NCBI RefSeq assembly: GCF_006345805.1
Contig: NW_021825980.1
Span: 1-14,013 of the forward strand
Source: Octopus sinensis
Taxonomy: Eukaryota
Length of the DNA: 14,013 bases
Reading direction: 5' to 3'
Position 1 is the first letter of the stretch. The number at the start of each line of letters is the position of its first letter. Both the position numbers and the translations under genes were made by a program. Under the pieces are notes generated by a model. It saw nothing but the letters and a program-made list of their open reading frames with translations, was not told the DNA's origin and ran no database searches. This document shows positions 1-8,944 of the stretch, piece after piece.

Positions 1-87
1 ATTTTCTTTATTTCTAAAGGGACTTAACTCGATACCACAGTGTCTTAGTCTATCACACTACGAGCTGATTACTGCTGTCACTCTACT

Positions 88-144
88 GTAGTAGTAGTAG
101 TAGTAGTAGTAAGTAGTAGTTAGTAGTAGTAGTAGTAGTAGTAG
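88..144. repeat. (GTA)n trinucleotide microsatellite
   Basis: About 18 GTA units with two single-base insertions (gtaagtag, gttagtag). Confidence 0.97.
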
Positions 145-177
145 TTGATGCTGGAAGAAATACAACAATCGTGATTG

Positions 178-316
178 CCATCATCATCACCATCATCATA
201 TTTTCCATGGCCTAGTTACTCTTACAGCTTCTCTTCCTCCTCCTCCTCCCCTCCCTCTTCCTTCTCCCCGCTACTATTCCTCCTCCTTCCTCCTTCCTCT
301 CTCTCCCCCTCTCTCT
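178..316. repeat. (CAT)n followed by pyrimidine-rich (CCT/CT) low-complexity tract
   Basis: catcatcaccatcatcat then tcctcctcctcc/ctctct runs; this explains the poly-Ser/Pro ORF 175-363. Confidence 0.85.
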
Positions 317-429
317 TTAATGATGATACGCGAAACATATTTCACCCGACACCATCAGTCTAGACTTGTAATTACCAAGATTAATTCATCGTGACGGAGA
401 AAGTGTTTCTTTGCTCAAAACTAATCCTT

Positions 430-1072
430 CATTGCCACCACCACCGACACCACCACCACCACCATAACCATTACCGTTGCCACCGTCACCTCCATCACCC
501 ACTACGACCGCCACCATTACCACCACCATCGTCACCACTATGACGATGACGACGACCACCACCACCATCACCATCACCATCACCACAGACACTGCTACCG
601 CCACCGTCACTGTCACCAATACCATAATCATCATCATTAACCCCTCCCCCCCATCGCCACTACTGCCACCATCACCATCACCGCCGCCGCCGCCGCCGCC
701 CCACCGCCACCGCTCATTAGGAGTACTGCAATCACTGGCGTCTCTCCGCCATCGCCATACAGACATCACCACCATCCTGGTTTCACCGTGACCATCACGG
801 TCGTCACGTTCCTCTACTAACCCTACTACCACTACCACTACCACCACCACCACCACCACCACCACTACCATCCCTTCCATTACCATCACCACTATACCAT
901 CACCTACTCCTCCATTTTTCAAACCGCCACTGTCGCTCCTGCCGTGAGCCTCACCACCTGTATTACCACTGTCACATCCCTCCACAAACTTTAACCAATA
1001 TCACCACTAACATCCCCCCCTTCACCATTACCACCACCATCAGCAACCACCACCACCACCACCATCATCAGC
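430..1072. repeat. Cryptic (CAC/CAT/CCG)n trinucleotide simple sequence
   Basis: Degenerate accaccacc, catcac and ccgccgccg runs throughout; source of the poly-T/P and poly-V/G ORFs. Confidence 0.9.
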
Positions 1073-1073
1073 A

Positions 1074-1230
1074 CTAGCAACGCAGCCAGTATATCGTCTT
1101 AGGTTGACAGGACACGTTAGATGAGGCAGACATTTATAGACACCTTAAAAAGCTGGAATAGTCACGGCTGGATTGTCTTTTAACCATAGATTCTGCTTTG
1201 ATCATGGCTGACCTGGAGTTAAAAACAAGC
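1074..1230 (+). mobile_element. Possible decayed fragment of an interspersed repeat (family carrying the GCTAGAAATAGCAGC motif)
   Basis: ctagcaacgcagcca (1074-1088) resembles the motif at 1935, 2054 and 4773. The downstream gatcatggctgacctggagttaaaaacaa resembles a retroposon 3' tail I recall from octopus DNA (recollection only). Confidence 0.3.
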
Positions 1231-1239
1231 ACACTTTCT

Positions 1240-1800
1240 CGCGCGCACGCACACAAACACACAAATGGATACACACACACACACGGACACACGTTCACAC
1301 ACACACATGGACACACGCGTACACGGGCATACTAACGCGCACAAACACACACACGCACACAAATGGACATACACACACAAATGGACACACTAACGCGTAC
1401 AAACACACACACATGTAAACACACACACATGTAAACACACACACACACATACGGAACACACACACACGTACAACACACACACACACACATACGGACACAC
1501 ACACATACGGACACACTAACGCGTACAAACACACACACATGTAAACACACACACACACACACACACACAAATGGACATACACACACAAATGGACACTTAC
1601 ACACAAACGGGGACCCACATACACACAAACGGCGACACACACACACGGACACACTAACGTGCGCAAACACACACACATGTATATACATACACACATGTAC
1701 TACAGTGTGATGTGAGAAGCACAATTGCGTGCACATACACATTCACACACATACATACAGAGACAGACAGACACACACACACACACACACATACACACAT
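1240..1800. repeat. Compound (CA)n microsatellite with recurring higher-order modules
   Basis: CA tracts punctuated by repeated cassettes aaatggac, ctaacgcg, atgtaaac and tacggac. Confidence 0.92.
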
Positions 1801-1934
1801 TCTTACCGCACAATCATTATAGGAGCATTAAACAAGACATGTCTACTACAACCTATACCACAGCTATTACCGCCTTGCCTACCATCCTATTCACCTCACC
1901 GCTACTATGGTTATTACAGCCACAAAGGAAGGAG

Positions 1935-2150
1935 GCTAAAAATAGCAGCTAAATCTTTAAATCACTCAATACTGTATTAAAAAGGAAAAGCTTTGATTAT
2001 ATGACAGCAAGGTCAAGGTCGTTTACGTGTAACACAAGAACAAACTTCAAGGTGCTAGAAATAGCAGCTAAATCACATTTATGCTGTCATAGTGATTAGA
2101 CGCAACACGAAAAAGGTGGATTATACGTCATGTCGTCCTAGATACATTTC
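1935..2150 (+). mobile_element. Two tandem fragments of an unclassified interspersed repeat
   Basis: gctaaaaatagcagctaaatc (1935-1955) and gctagaaatagcagctaaatc (2054-2074) match at 20/21; a further variant gctggaaatagcagccaaa lies at 4773-4791. Confidence 0.5.
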
Positions 2151-2307
2151 TCAAAATATACCTACCTACCTACATAGATAGATTTATACATAGACACATA
2201 CATAGATATATACATACATACATAAATACATGTTTAAATGTATTATGGCAACTGTCTAACGAACGCTCACGTGAAACTCCGAGTAACAATTTTTGAAGAC
2301 CTTTCCA

Positions 2308-2331
2308 TATATATATAGACAGATAGATGGG

Positions 2332-2388
<57 letters not shown>

Positions 2389-2532
2389 AATAAATGAATA
2401 AGCATATATATAGTTAATCCAAATATGAAAACAGAAATAGAAAACATGTATATATATGTATGTACATACATATTTGTATATATGTGCGTGTATCTATATA
2501 CATTTATATATACATATACATACATATATACA

Positions 2533-2586
<54 letters not shown>

Positions 2587-2606
2587 CTATATAATATATA
2601 TATATA
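2308..2606. repeat. Interrupted (TA)n microsatellite cluster
   Basis: Long tatatata runs at about 2330-2390 and 2520-2606 with TG/CA variants between them. Confidence 0.93.
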
Positions 2607-2667
2607 AAACTTAGATATGTTTCGACCAAAGATTGGTCCAGGCCATGTCTAACTTAATAGCACCCTG
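2607..2667 (-). other. ~60-nt hairpin-forming dispersed element, copy 1
   Basis: The reverse complement of 2638-2664 is identical (27/27) to 5554-5580; internal stem gaccaa-tct-ttggtc followed by gaaac; flanked by (TA)n. Confidence 0.8.
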
Positions 2668-2692
2668 TGTATATATATACATATATATGTAT

Positions 2693-2862
2693 ATGTTTTG
2701 TCGCCCCCACCATCGCTTGACAACCGATGTTGGTGTGTTCACGTCCCCGTAACCTAGCAATTCGGCCTAAGGGTACGATAGAATAAGTACTAGGCTTACA
2801 ACGAATGAATCCTGGGGCTGATTTGTTCGACTAGAGGCGGTGCTCCAGCATAGCCGCTATCA
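2693..2862 (+). mobile_element. SINE family A, 3' half
   Basis: ccaccatcgcttgacaaccgatgttggtg...aataagtactaggctt...tcgactagaggcggtgctccagcatagccgc aligns with the reverse complement of 8425-8580. Confidence 0.88.
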
Positions 2863-2924
2863 AGAATATACGAAGACGTATATTTTAGTAGTTTGGCAAT
2901 AATGGAGGAAGGATTAGACATTAG

Positions 2925-3930
2925 ACGCACATACATACATGTATACACATTACGCATACGTACATGCATATACATATACATATACGCACACATACACACA
3001 TACAAATTTAAATACATACCTACACGTATGAGTTTATGTATATCTGTTTGCACATATGTATAAATACACAAGCATACATACATACATACATACATACATA
3101 CATGCATGCATACATACATACATACATACATACATACATACATACATACATGCATACATACATACATACATACATGCATGCATACATACATACATACATA
3201 CATACATACATACATACATAATACATACATGCATACATACATACATACATACATACATACAATCATACATACATGATACATACATGCATACATACATGCA
3301 TACATACATACATACATACATATTTACATACATCAACATACATACATACATACATACATACATACATACATACATACATGCATACATACAACATACATAC
3401 ATACATGCATACATACATACATACATACATACATACATACATACATACATACATGCATACATCATACATGCATACATACACACATGCATACATAATACAT
3501 ACATACATACATACATACATACATACATGCATACATACATACATACATACATACATACATGCATACATATACATACATACATACATACATACATACATAC
3601 ATGCATACATACATACATACATACATACATACATACATACATACATGCATACATACATGCATACATACATGCATACATACATACATACATACATACATAC
3701 ATACATACATACATACATACATGCATATACATACATGCATACATACACACATGCATACATACATACATACATACATACATACATACATACATACATACAT
3801 ACATGCATACATACATACATACATACATACATACATGCATACATACATACATACATACATACATACATACATACATGCATACATACATACATACATACAT
3901 ACATGCATACATACATACATACATACATAT
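2925..3930. repeat. ~1 kb (TACA)n tetranucleotide satellite with TGCA variants
   Basis: Nearly continuous catacatacata from about 3070 to 3930 with interspersed catg; explains all the HTYI/MYVC ORFs. Confidence 0.98.
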
Positions 3931-3934
3931 AGAT

Positions 3935-4173
3935 TGAAAGACATACAAGCATACACACATAAAGACGCATATATACACAAAAATCACAGTCGTACATTCA
4001 GATATATGCACACACACACTCACACATGTACATATATATGCATATATGCATATATACCATATATACACGAGTATCATTCTGTGTGTATATGTATGTATGT
4101 ATGTATGTATGTGCGTGTGTATGTCTCTGTATGTATATATATGCATATATATATGTATGTGTGTGTGTGTGTG
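3935..4173. repeat. CA-rich then TG/(TATG)n-rich simple repeat
   Basis: cacacacac/catata to about 4065, then gtatgtatgtatg and (GT)n to 4173. Confidence 0.85.
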
Positions 4174-4404
4174 TAGTAATCCCTCACCATATAGCAGTTT
4201 TCCTATCACGGTTCTCCTATCGCGGTTCACCTATCGCGGTTGTCGATTCCTTGGTGGTGTTGTCTTGAATTTATAATAAAATAAATATATACAAACTATA
4301 TAAAGAAATGATAATAATAAGATACACAGCACAGTACTGTTTCGACTTCGCCTATCGCGGTGGAATTTTGGAACGTAACACCCGCGATATTTGAAGGATT
4401 ACTG
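4174..4404. mobile_element. MITE / non-autonomous Tc1-mariner (pogo/Tigger-like) DNA transposon
   Basis: Left end tagtaatccctcaccatatagcag versus reverse complement of right end cagtaatccttcaaatatcgcgg (imperfect ~23-nt TIR); TA follows the right end (4405-4406); internal cctatcgcggtt repeats at 4202, 4216, 4230 and 4351. Confidence 0.75.
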
Positions 4405-4405
4405 T

Positions 4406-4640
4406 ACGTGTGCATGCATCTATTTATGTATGTATGTGTGCATGTGTGAGTGTATATATGCGTGTGTGATTGTATGAATGAGTGCTTGTGAGTATGAATA
4501 TATATAATCCATTTTTGTATAGATAAATGGTTAGACAGATAGATACATACATCCACATACACATATGTGAATACATATTTACACGCACGCACTCACGCAC
4601 ACATTTACACACACACATACACACATACACACACATATGA
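4406..4640. repeat. TG-rich then CA-rich degenerate dinucleotide repeat
   Basis: gtgtgcatgtgtgag... to about 4500; cacacacatacacac from about 4545 to 4640. Confidence 0.8.
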
Positions 4641-5449
4641 ATTTATATAAATAAGGATAAGATCGTTATTTAAATACCGATCATATCAGGTGGCCAGCAT
4701 GGGAATAAAAACCTTCAAAGTCAATAATTATTATTAAAATTATAATTTAGGGTATCTAAGGGATAACCCCACGCTGGAAATAGCAGCCAAAGTATTGGTT
4801 ATAGAATAAACATGAAATTTGGGTTAACGATTTTATGTACAACACAACCCCTGAAACATTTAATCATATATAAAAATCATCATGGTTCACAAACACATAA
4901 AAAATAATACATATACATAAAATCACAGATGGCAAAAAAAAAATTAAATATAAACGGCTAAAAGTTCAAAAACAACCAAAACAAGGTAATGGACAACTAT
5001 GAAATAAGTAAAAGTAAAAATAAATTAAATAAAATATAATAAAATAAAATAAATGTCCACGGACTAAAAAAGTTTTATCAGACGATTAAAATATTTTTGG
5101 AAGATTAAAACAAAAATTTTATTTGAATATTTGAAAAATATGTGAAAAAGGCCTTCGTCTCATGTATATATATATATTATATATATATATATATGTATAT
5201 ACATAAATCATTAGGGAGCGAAGCAATTGTCAGATGTCGGTGAATAATTCATTCGATCCATTTCAAATTGTCGAAATTCTCCACAAAAGAAATAGACGCG
5301 TTCACATATATGAGTCATAATAAAAATTCATAAGATGTTATAAATATATATTTGCTTCTCTCCGAAATGTTATATTCATGAAGCTAGTTCCATTAAAGCG
5401 CTAATTGTTTGCTCTGTATAATGTGGATGACAATATCAATTATTTCTTT

Positions 5450-5452
5450 TAT

Positions 5453-5547
<95 letters not shown>
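5450..5547. repeat. (TA)n microsatellite
   Basis: About 95 nt of almost pure TA; a shorter TA tract lies at about 5165-5200. Confidence 0.96.
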
Positions 5548-5548
<1 letters not shown>

Positions 5549-5549
<1 letters not shown>

Positions 5550-5610
5550 AGGTGGTGCTATTAAGTTAGACATGGCCTGGGCCAATAATGGCCGAAACCT
5601 ATCAAAGTAT
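5549..5610 (+). other. ~60-nt hairpin-forming dispersed element, copy 2
   Basis: caggtggtgctattaagttagacatggcctgggccaataatggccgaaac; inverted copy of 2607-2667; stem ggcca-ataa-tggcc followed by gaaac; TA-flanked. Confidence 0.8.
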
Positions 5611-5654
5611 CAAAGTATATATATATATATATAAGAATACTTTCATGTGTCCAT

Positions 5655-5771
5655 CTTTATTTCCACAGGGGGCTAAACATAGAGGGTACAAACAGGGACA
5701 GACAAAGGGTTTAGGTCGATTACATCGACTTCGGCGGAATTTGAACTCAGAACATAAAGACAGACGAAATA
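5655..5771 (-). mobile_element. SINE family B, internally deleted and truncated copy
   Basis: Aligns with 5780-5953 except for a 59-nt gap; retains the B-box-like gagttcaaattcc on the minus strand. Confidence 0.88.
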
Positions 5772-5775
5772 AGTG

Positions 5776-5994
5776 TTTCTTTATTACCCACAAGGGGTAA
5801 ACATAGTGGGGACAAACAAGGACAAACAAACGGATTAAGTCGATTACATCGACCCCAGTGCATAACTAGTACTTAATTTATCGACCCCAAAAGGATGAAA
5901 GGCAAAGTCGACCTTGGTGGAATTTGAACTCAGAACGTAACGGCAGACGAAATACGGCTACGCATTTCGCCCGGCGTGCTAACGTTTCTGCCAG
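5776..5994 (-). mobile_element. SINE family B (tRNA-derived head plus central domain), near full length
   Basis: Minus strand reads ctggcagaaacgttagc (A-box-like)...gagttcaaattcc (B-box-like)...gtcgactttgcctttcatccttttggggtcgataaattaagtac, which resembles the Deu/Nin-type SINE central domain (from memory). Three copies occur in the window. Confidence 0.88.
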
Positions 5995-6035
5995 TAAAAG
6001 TGTTATAGTTATCTATAAAACAGCTACAGCAATAG

Positions 6036-6041
<6 letters not shown>

Positions 6042-6074
<33 letters not shown>

Positions 6075-6112
6075 GGAGAGAGAGAGAGAGAGGGAGAGAG
6101 AGAGAGAGAGAG

Positions 6113-6162
<50 letters not shown>
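6042..6162. repeat. Compound (GA)n-(GT)n microsatellite
   Basis: GA run 6042-6112 directly followed by GT run 6114-6162. Confidence 0.97.
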
Positions 6163-6164
<2 letters not shown>

Positions 6165-6263
6165 AAGGAAATGAGAAAAAGAGAAAGTGGGGGCTGGGCA
6201 TGTAAACTAACCCAATAGAATGTAGAATTAATAGGTTGGCAGCGACCTGTCTCTAAGTTATGT

Positions 6264-6276
6264 TGATTGACAGCTG
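6264..6276 (+). promoter_or_regulatory. Candidate PBX-PREP/MEIS decamer overlapping an E-box
   Basis: TGATTGACAG (6264-6273) is an exact match to the known TALE decamer; CAGCTG at 6271-6276. Motif match only. Confidence 0.25.
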
Positions 6277-6371
6277 ATTAGGTAGTGCTTACAGCTTATC
6301 GCCTACCTGAACGCACCTAGTTCATATACACGCACATTGGTTTAGAAACACAGACACACCTATATATAACT

Positions 6372-6372
<1 letters not shown>

Positions 6373-6420
<48 letters not shown>
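6373..6420. repeat. (GT)n microsatellite
   Basis: About 23 pure GT units. Confidence 0.97.
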
Positions 6421-6426
<6 letters not shown>

Positions 6427-6519
6427 TTAATAAGTAACATGCTAGAAATTCTTTTGCTCAATGCATATTTACAGCGAAACAACAAAGAATCGTTCATACA
6501 GCAATATCTAGAAACATAT

Positions 6520-7050
<531 letters not shown>

Positions 7051-7260
7051 TATGCACATCTCTGTATATATTATATAAATGTGCATATATATATATAAAT
7101 ATTTACGTATGTATAACGTATGAACAGTCATTATTTGGATCTTAAAAAAATAATGAAAGTTGTATTATTTTCAAAATATCGTTTTATTTCACGAATTTTC
7201 TCATAACCAATGAGATCAGCGTTCGTTACTCTAGTGGATTCCTGAAAATGAGTTGGTAAA

Positions 7261-7564
7261 TCTTTATATATAAAAGTGAAGTTGTGTGAGTGTCTGTCTC
7301 CTACGATTTAGATTCCTAACTACTCCCACATTTTGCGGTGCAGTTTAACCAAAAGCGAGTATCTTATAGTCGTGATTCATATCGAGCCTTTCTGGGTATT
7401 AGCGCGCGTCTACGATGAGTCTACGATTAAAAAAAAAAATTACCATCATTTTTTCCCATTTGTAATGCATTTTTTTGCTATTATATAAGGGAAGTAACTC
7501 TCTAAAAATGCTTATATAGTTATTTCCCTTACAAACCCCATGCAACGCCGGGCGATACTGCTAG
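7261..7564 (+). mobile_element. Complete non-autonomous Helitron (304 bp)
   Basis: Inserted between A(7260) and T(7565); starts TC (tctttatatataaaag) and ends CTAG (7561-7564); GC-rich subterminal hairpin ccccatgcaacgccggg (7536-7552) lies 8 nt before CTAG; no TSD. These are the canonical Helitron hallmarks. Confidence 0.85.
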
Positions 7565-7792
7565 TTGAAAATGAAAGAAGATTGAAAGACTTGAAAAACA
7601 CTGAGACATGGAGAAAGTTTCAAAGTTTCTGGAACTTAAATACAAAAACTCTGTTAAGATATTAAAAGCTATACGAGATGTTAGCTTAAATTACACAAAT
7701 GAAAATTCTACAAAATTGATTATAGTACATTGGGACAATGCTAAAAATTTATGGAGAAGTGAACAAATGATGCCTCTATCTCTAATATTTAA

Positions 7793-8010
7793 CTGGTTAC
7801 GCCGAGCAAAATGCTTAGCACTTTTTGTGTTCTGAGTTCAAACTCCGCCGAGGTCGACTTTATCTTCCATCTTTTCGGGGTTGATTAAATATAACAGTAA
7901 ATATGATAACAATGGGAGTGGGTATGTCATGGGGATGAAACTACGTATATGATATGACGAGGGTGATGATGGTCATATAAAGAGCACTGGCGTCGATGTA
8001 ATCGATTTAC
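7793..8010 (+). mobile_element. SINE family B, diverged copy interrupted by an ~83-nt insertion
   Basis: acgccgagcaaaatgcttagc...gagttcaaactcc (7834-7846)...gtcgactt...ggggttgattaaat to 7898, then resumes as gcactggcgtcgatgtaatcgat (about 7984-8006), colinear with the reverse complement of 5839-5994. Confidence 0.82.
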
Positions 8011-8014
8011 CCTC

Positions 8015-8385
8015 TACATACACGTACGTGCAAACACACGAACACACACACGCACGCAGGCTTGCACACACACATATAGAGACACACACGCATGCATGCA
8101 CACTAACACACACACACACGCACACATACACACACACACATATGCACATACACACGCACACGCACACGCATGCACACACACACACATACGTGCGCACACA
8201 CACACGCACACATGCACACATACACACACACCACACATACAGACAGAGACACACGTACGCACGTACGCGCACATACACACGCACACACACACACCCACAC
8301 GCATATACATACATACGCAGAAACACACACACGCATGTACACAGCCACGTGCACACACATGCACACACACATACACAGATACATA
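8015..8385. repeat. Degenerate (CA)n microsatellite
   Basis: cacacacgcacacatacac throughout; source of the HT- and VC-rich ORFs. Confidence 0.93.
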
Positions 8386-8386
8386 T

Positions 8387-8740
8387 TTTTATTCTTTTAT
8401 TCTTTTATTTGTTTCCGTCATTTGACTGCGGTCATGCTGGAGCACCGCCTTTAGTCGAGCAAATCTACTACAGGACTTTGTTTTTTAAGGCTAGTACTTA
8501 TTGTATCGGTGTCTTTTACCGAACCGCTAATTGATGGGGCCGTATATGCACCAACACCGGTTGTCAAGCGGTGGTGGGGCAGAAACATGGACACAAAGAC
8601 ACACACACACATAGATATATACAACGGGTTTCTTACAGTTTCTGTCGACTAAATCCATTCACAAGGCTTTGGTCGGACCGAGGCTAGGGTAGAAGACACT
8701 TGTCCAAGGTACCAGGCAGTGGGACTGAGTCGGGAACCAT
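8387..8740 (-). mobile_element. SINE family A, 5'-truncated, with internal (TA)(TG) tract and (AATAAAAG)n tail
   Basis: Minus strand reads ggttcccgactcagtcccactgcctggtaccttggacaagtgtcttct (B-box region plus a CORE-like ccttggacaagt), then an internal microsatellite, then ggcggtgctccagcatgaccgcagtcaaatgac and an aataaaagaataaaagaat tail. Homologous to 2693-2862 and 13284-13497. Confidence 0.9.
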
Positions 8741-8773
8741 CTATGTATATACATATTGAGTTTAAGGTTGTTG

Positions 8774-8855
8774 TCTTTTACTTGTCTCGCTCATTCGACT
8801 GCAGCCATGCTGGAGCACCACCCAGAATGGTTTGGTCGAAAACTCGACCCGTGGT
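8774..8855 (-). mobile_element. SINE family A, 3' tail fragment
   Basis: tcttttacttgtctcgctcattcgactgcagccatgctggagcacc matches 8401-8446. Confidence 0.8.
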
Positions 8856-8944
8856 CTTAATTAATCTTAATGCCTGCTACTTATTCTCACTGAGTTGCTA
8901 GCTTTGCAGAGATAAGTAGATAAATGATGAGAGTGAAGCTGGCA

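Noticed and set aside
88-144. Single-base interruptions in microsatellites as meaningful structure (also 2330-2606 and 12575-12810)
   Set aside because: Equally explained by replication slippage or long-read indel error; cannot be distinguished without raw reads.
386-985. Gly/Val-rich and Thr/Pro-rich (mucin-like) ORFs
   Set aside because: Derived from cryptic CAC/CAT repeats; no signal peptide, splice signals or recognisable domain.
3034-4230. 398-aa ORF and the overlapping MYVC/HTYI ORFs
   Set aside because: These are translations of the (TACA)n array, which lacks stop codons in most frames; there is no non-repeat domain.
5300-5320. AP-1 site TGAGTCA (5311-5317)
   Set aside because: A lone 7-mer is expected by chance in 14 kb of AT-rich DNA.
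2607-5610. A single 2.9-kb transposon bounded by the two inverted 60-nt copies
   Set aside because: The TA-adjacent CAGG termini point inward rather than outward, and the interior is unrelated repeats with no transposase remnant.
5900-5994. tRNA genes at the A/B-box-like sequences (also 7793-7850 and 13440-13497)
   Set aside because: No complete cloverleaf; each continues directly into SINE body sequence shared among copies.
7489-7500. 12-nt match gggaagtaactc between the Helitron and the minisatellite (9389-9400)
   Set aside because: Too short to separate from chance, and the flanks do not align.
7608-7835. 75-aa ORF MEKVSKFLELKY..., the most protein-like ORF
   Set aside because: No family I recognise; short, AT-rich, preceded closely by an in-frame stop, and its last ~15 codons run into a SINE head. 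A tBLASTn or RNA-seq check would be needed to rescue it.
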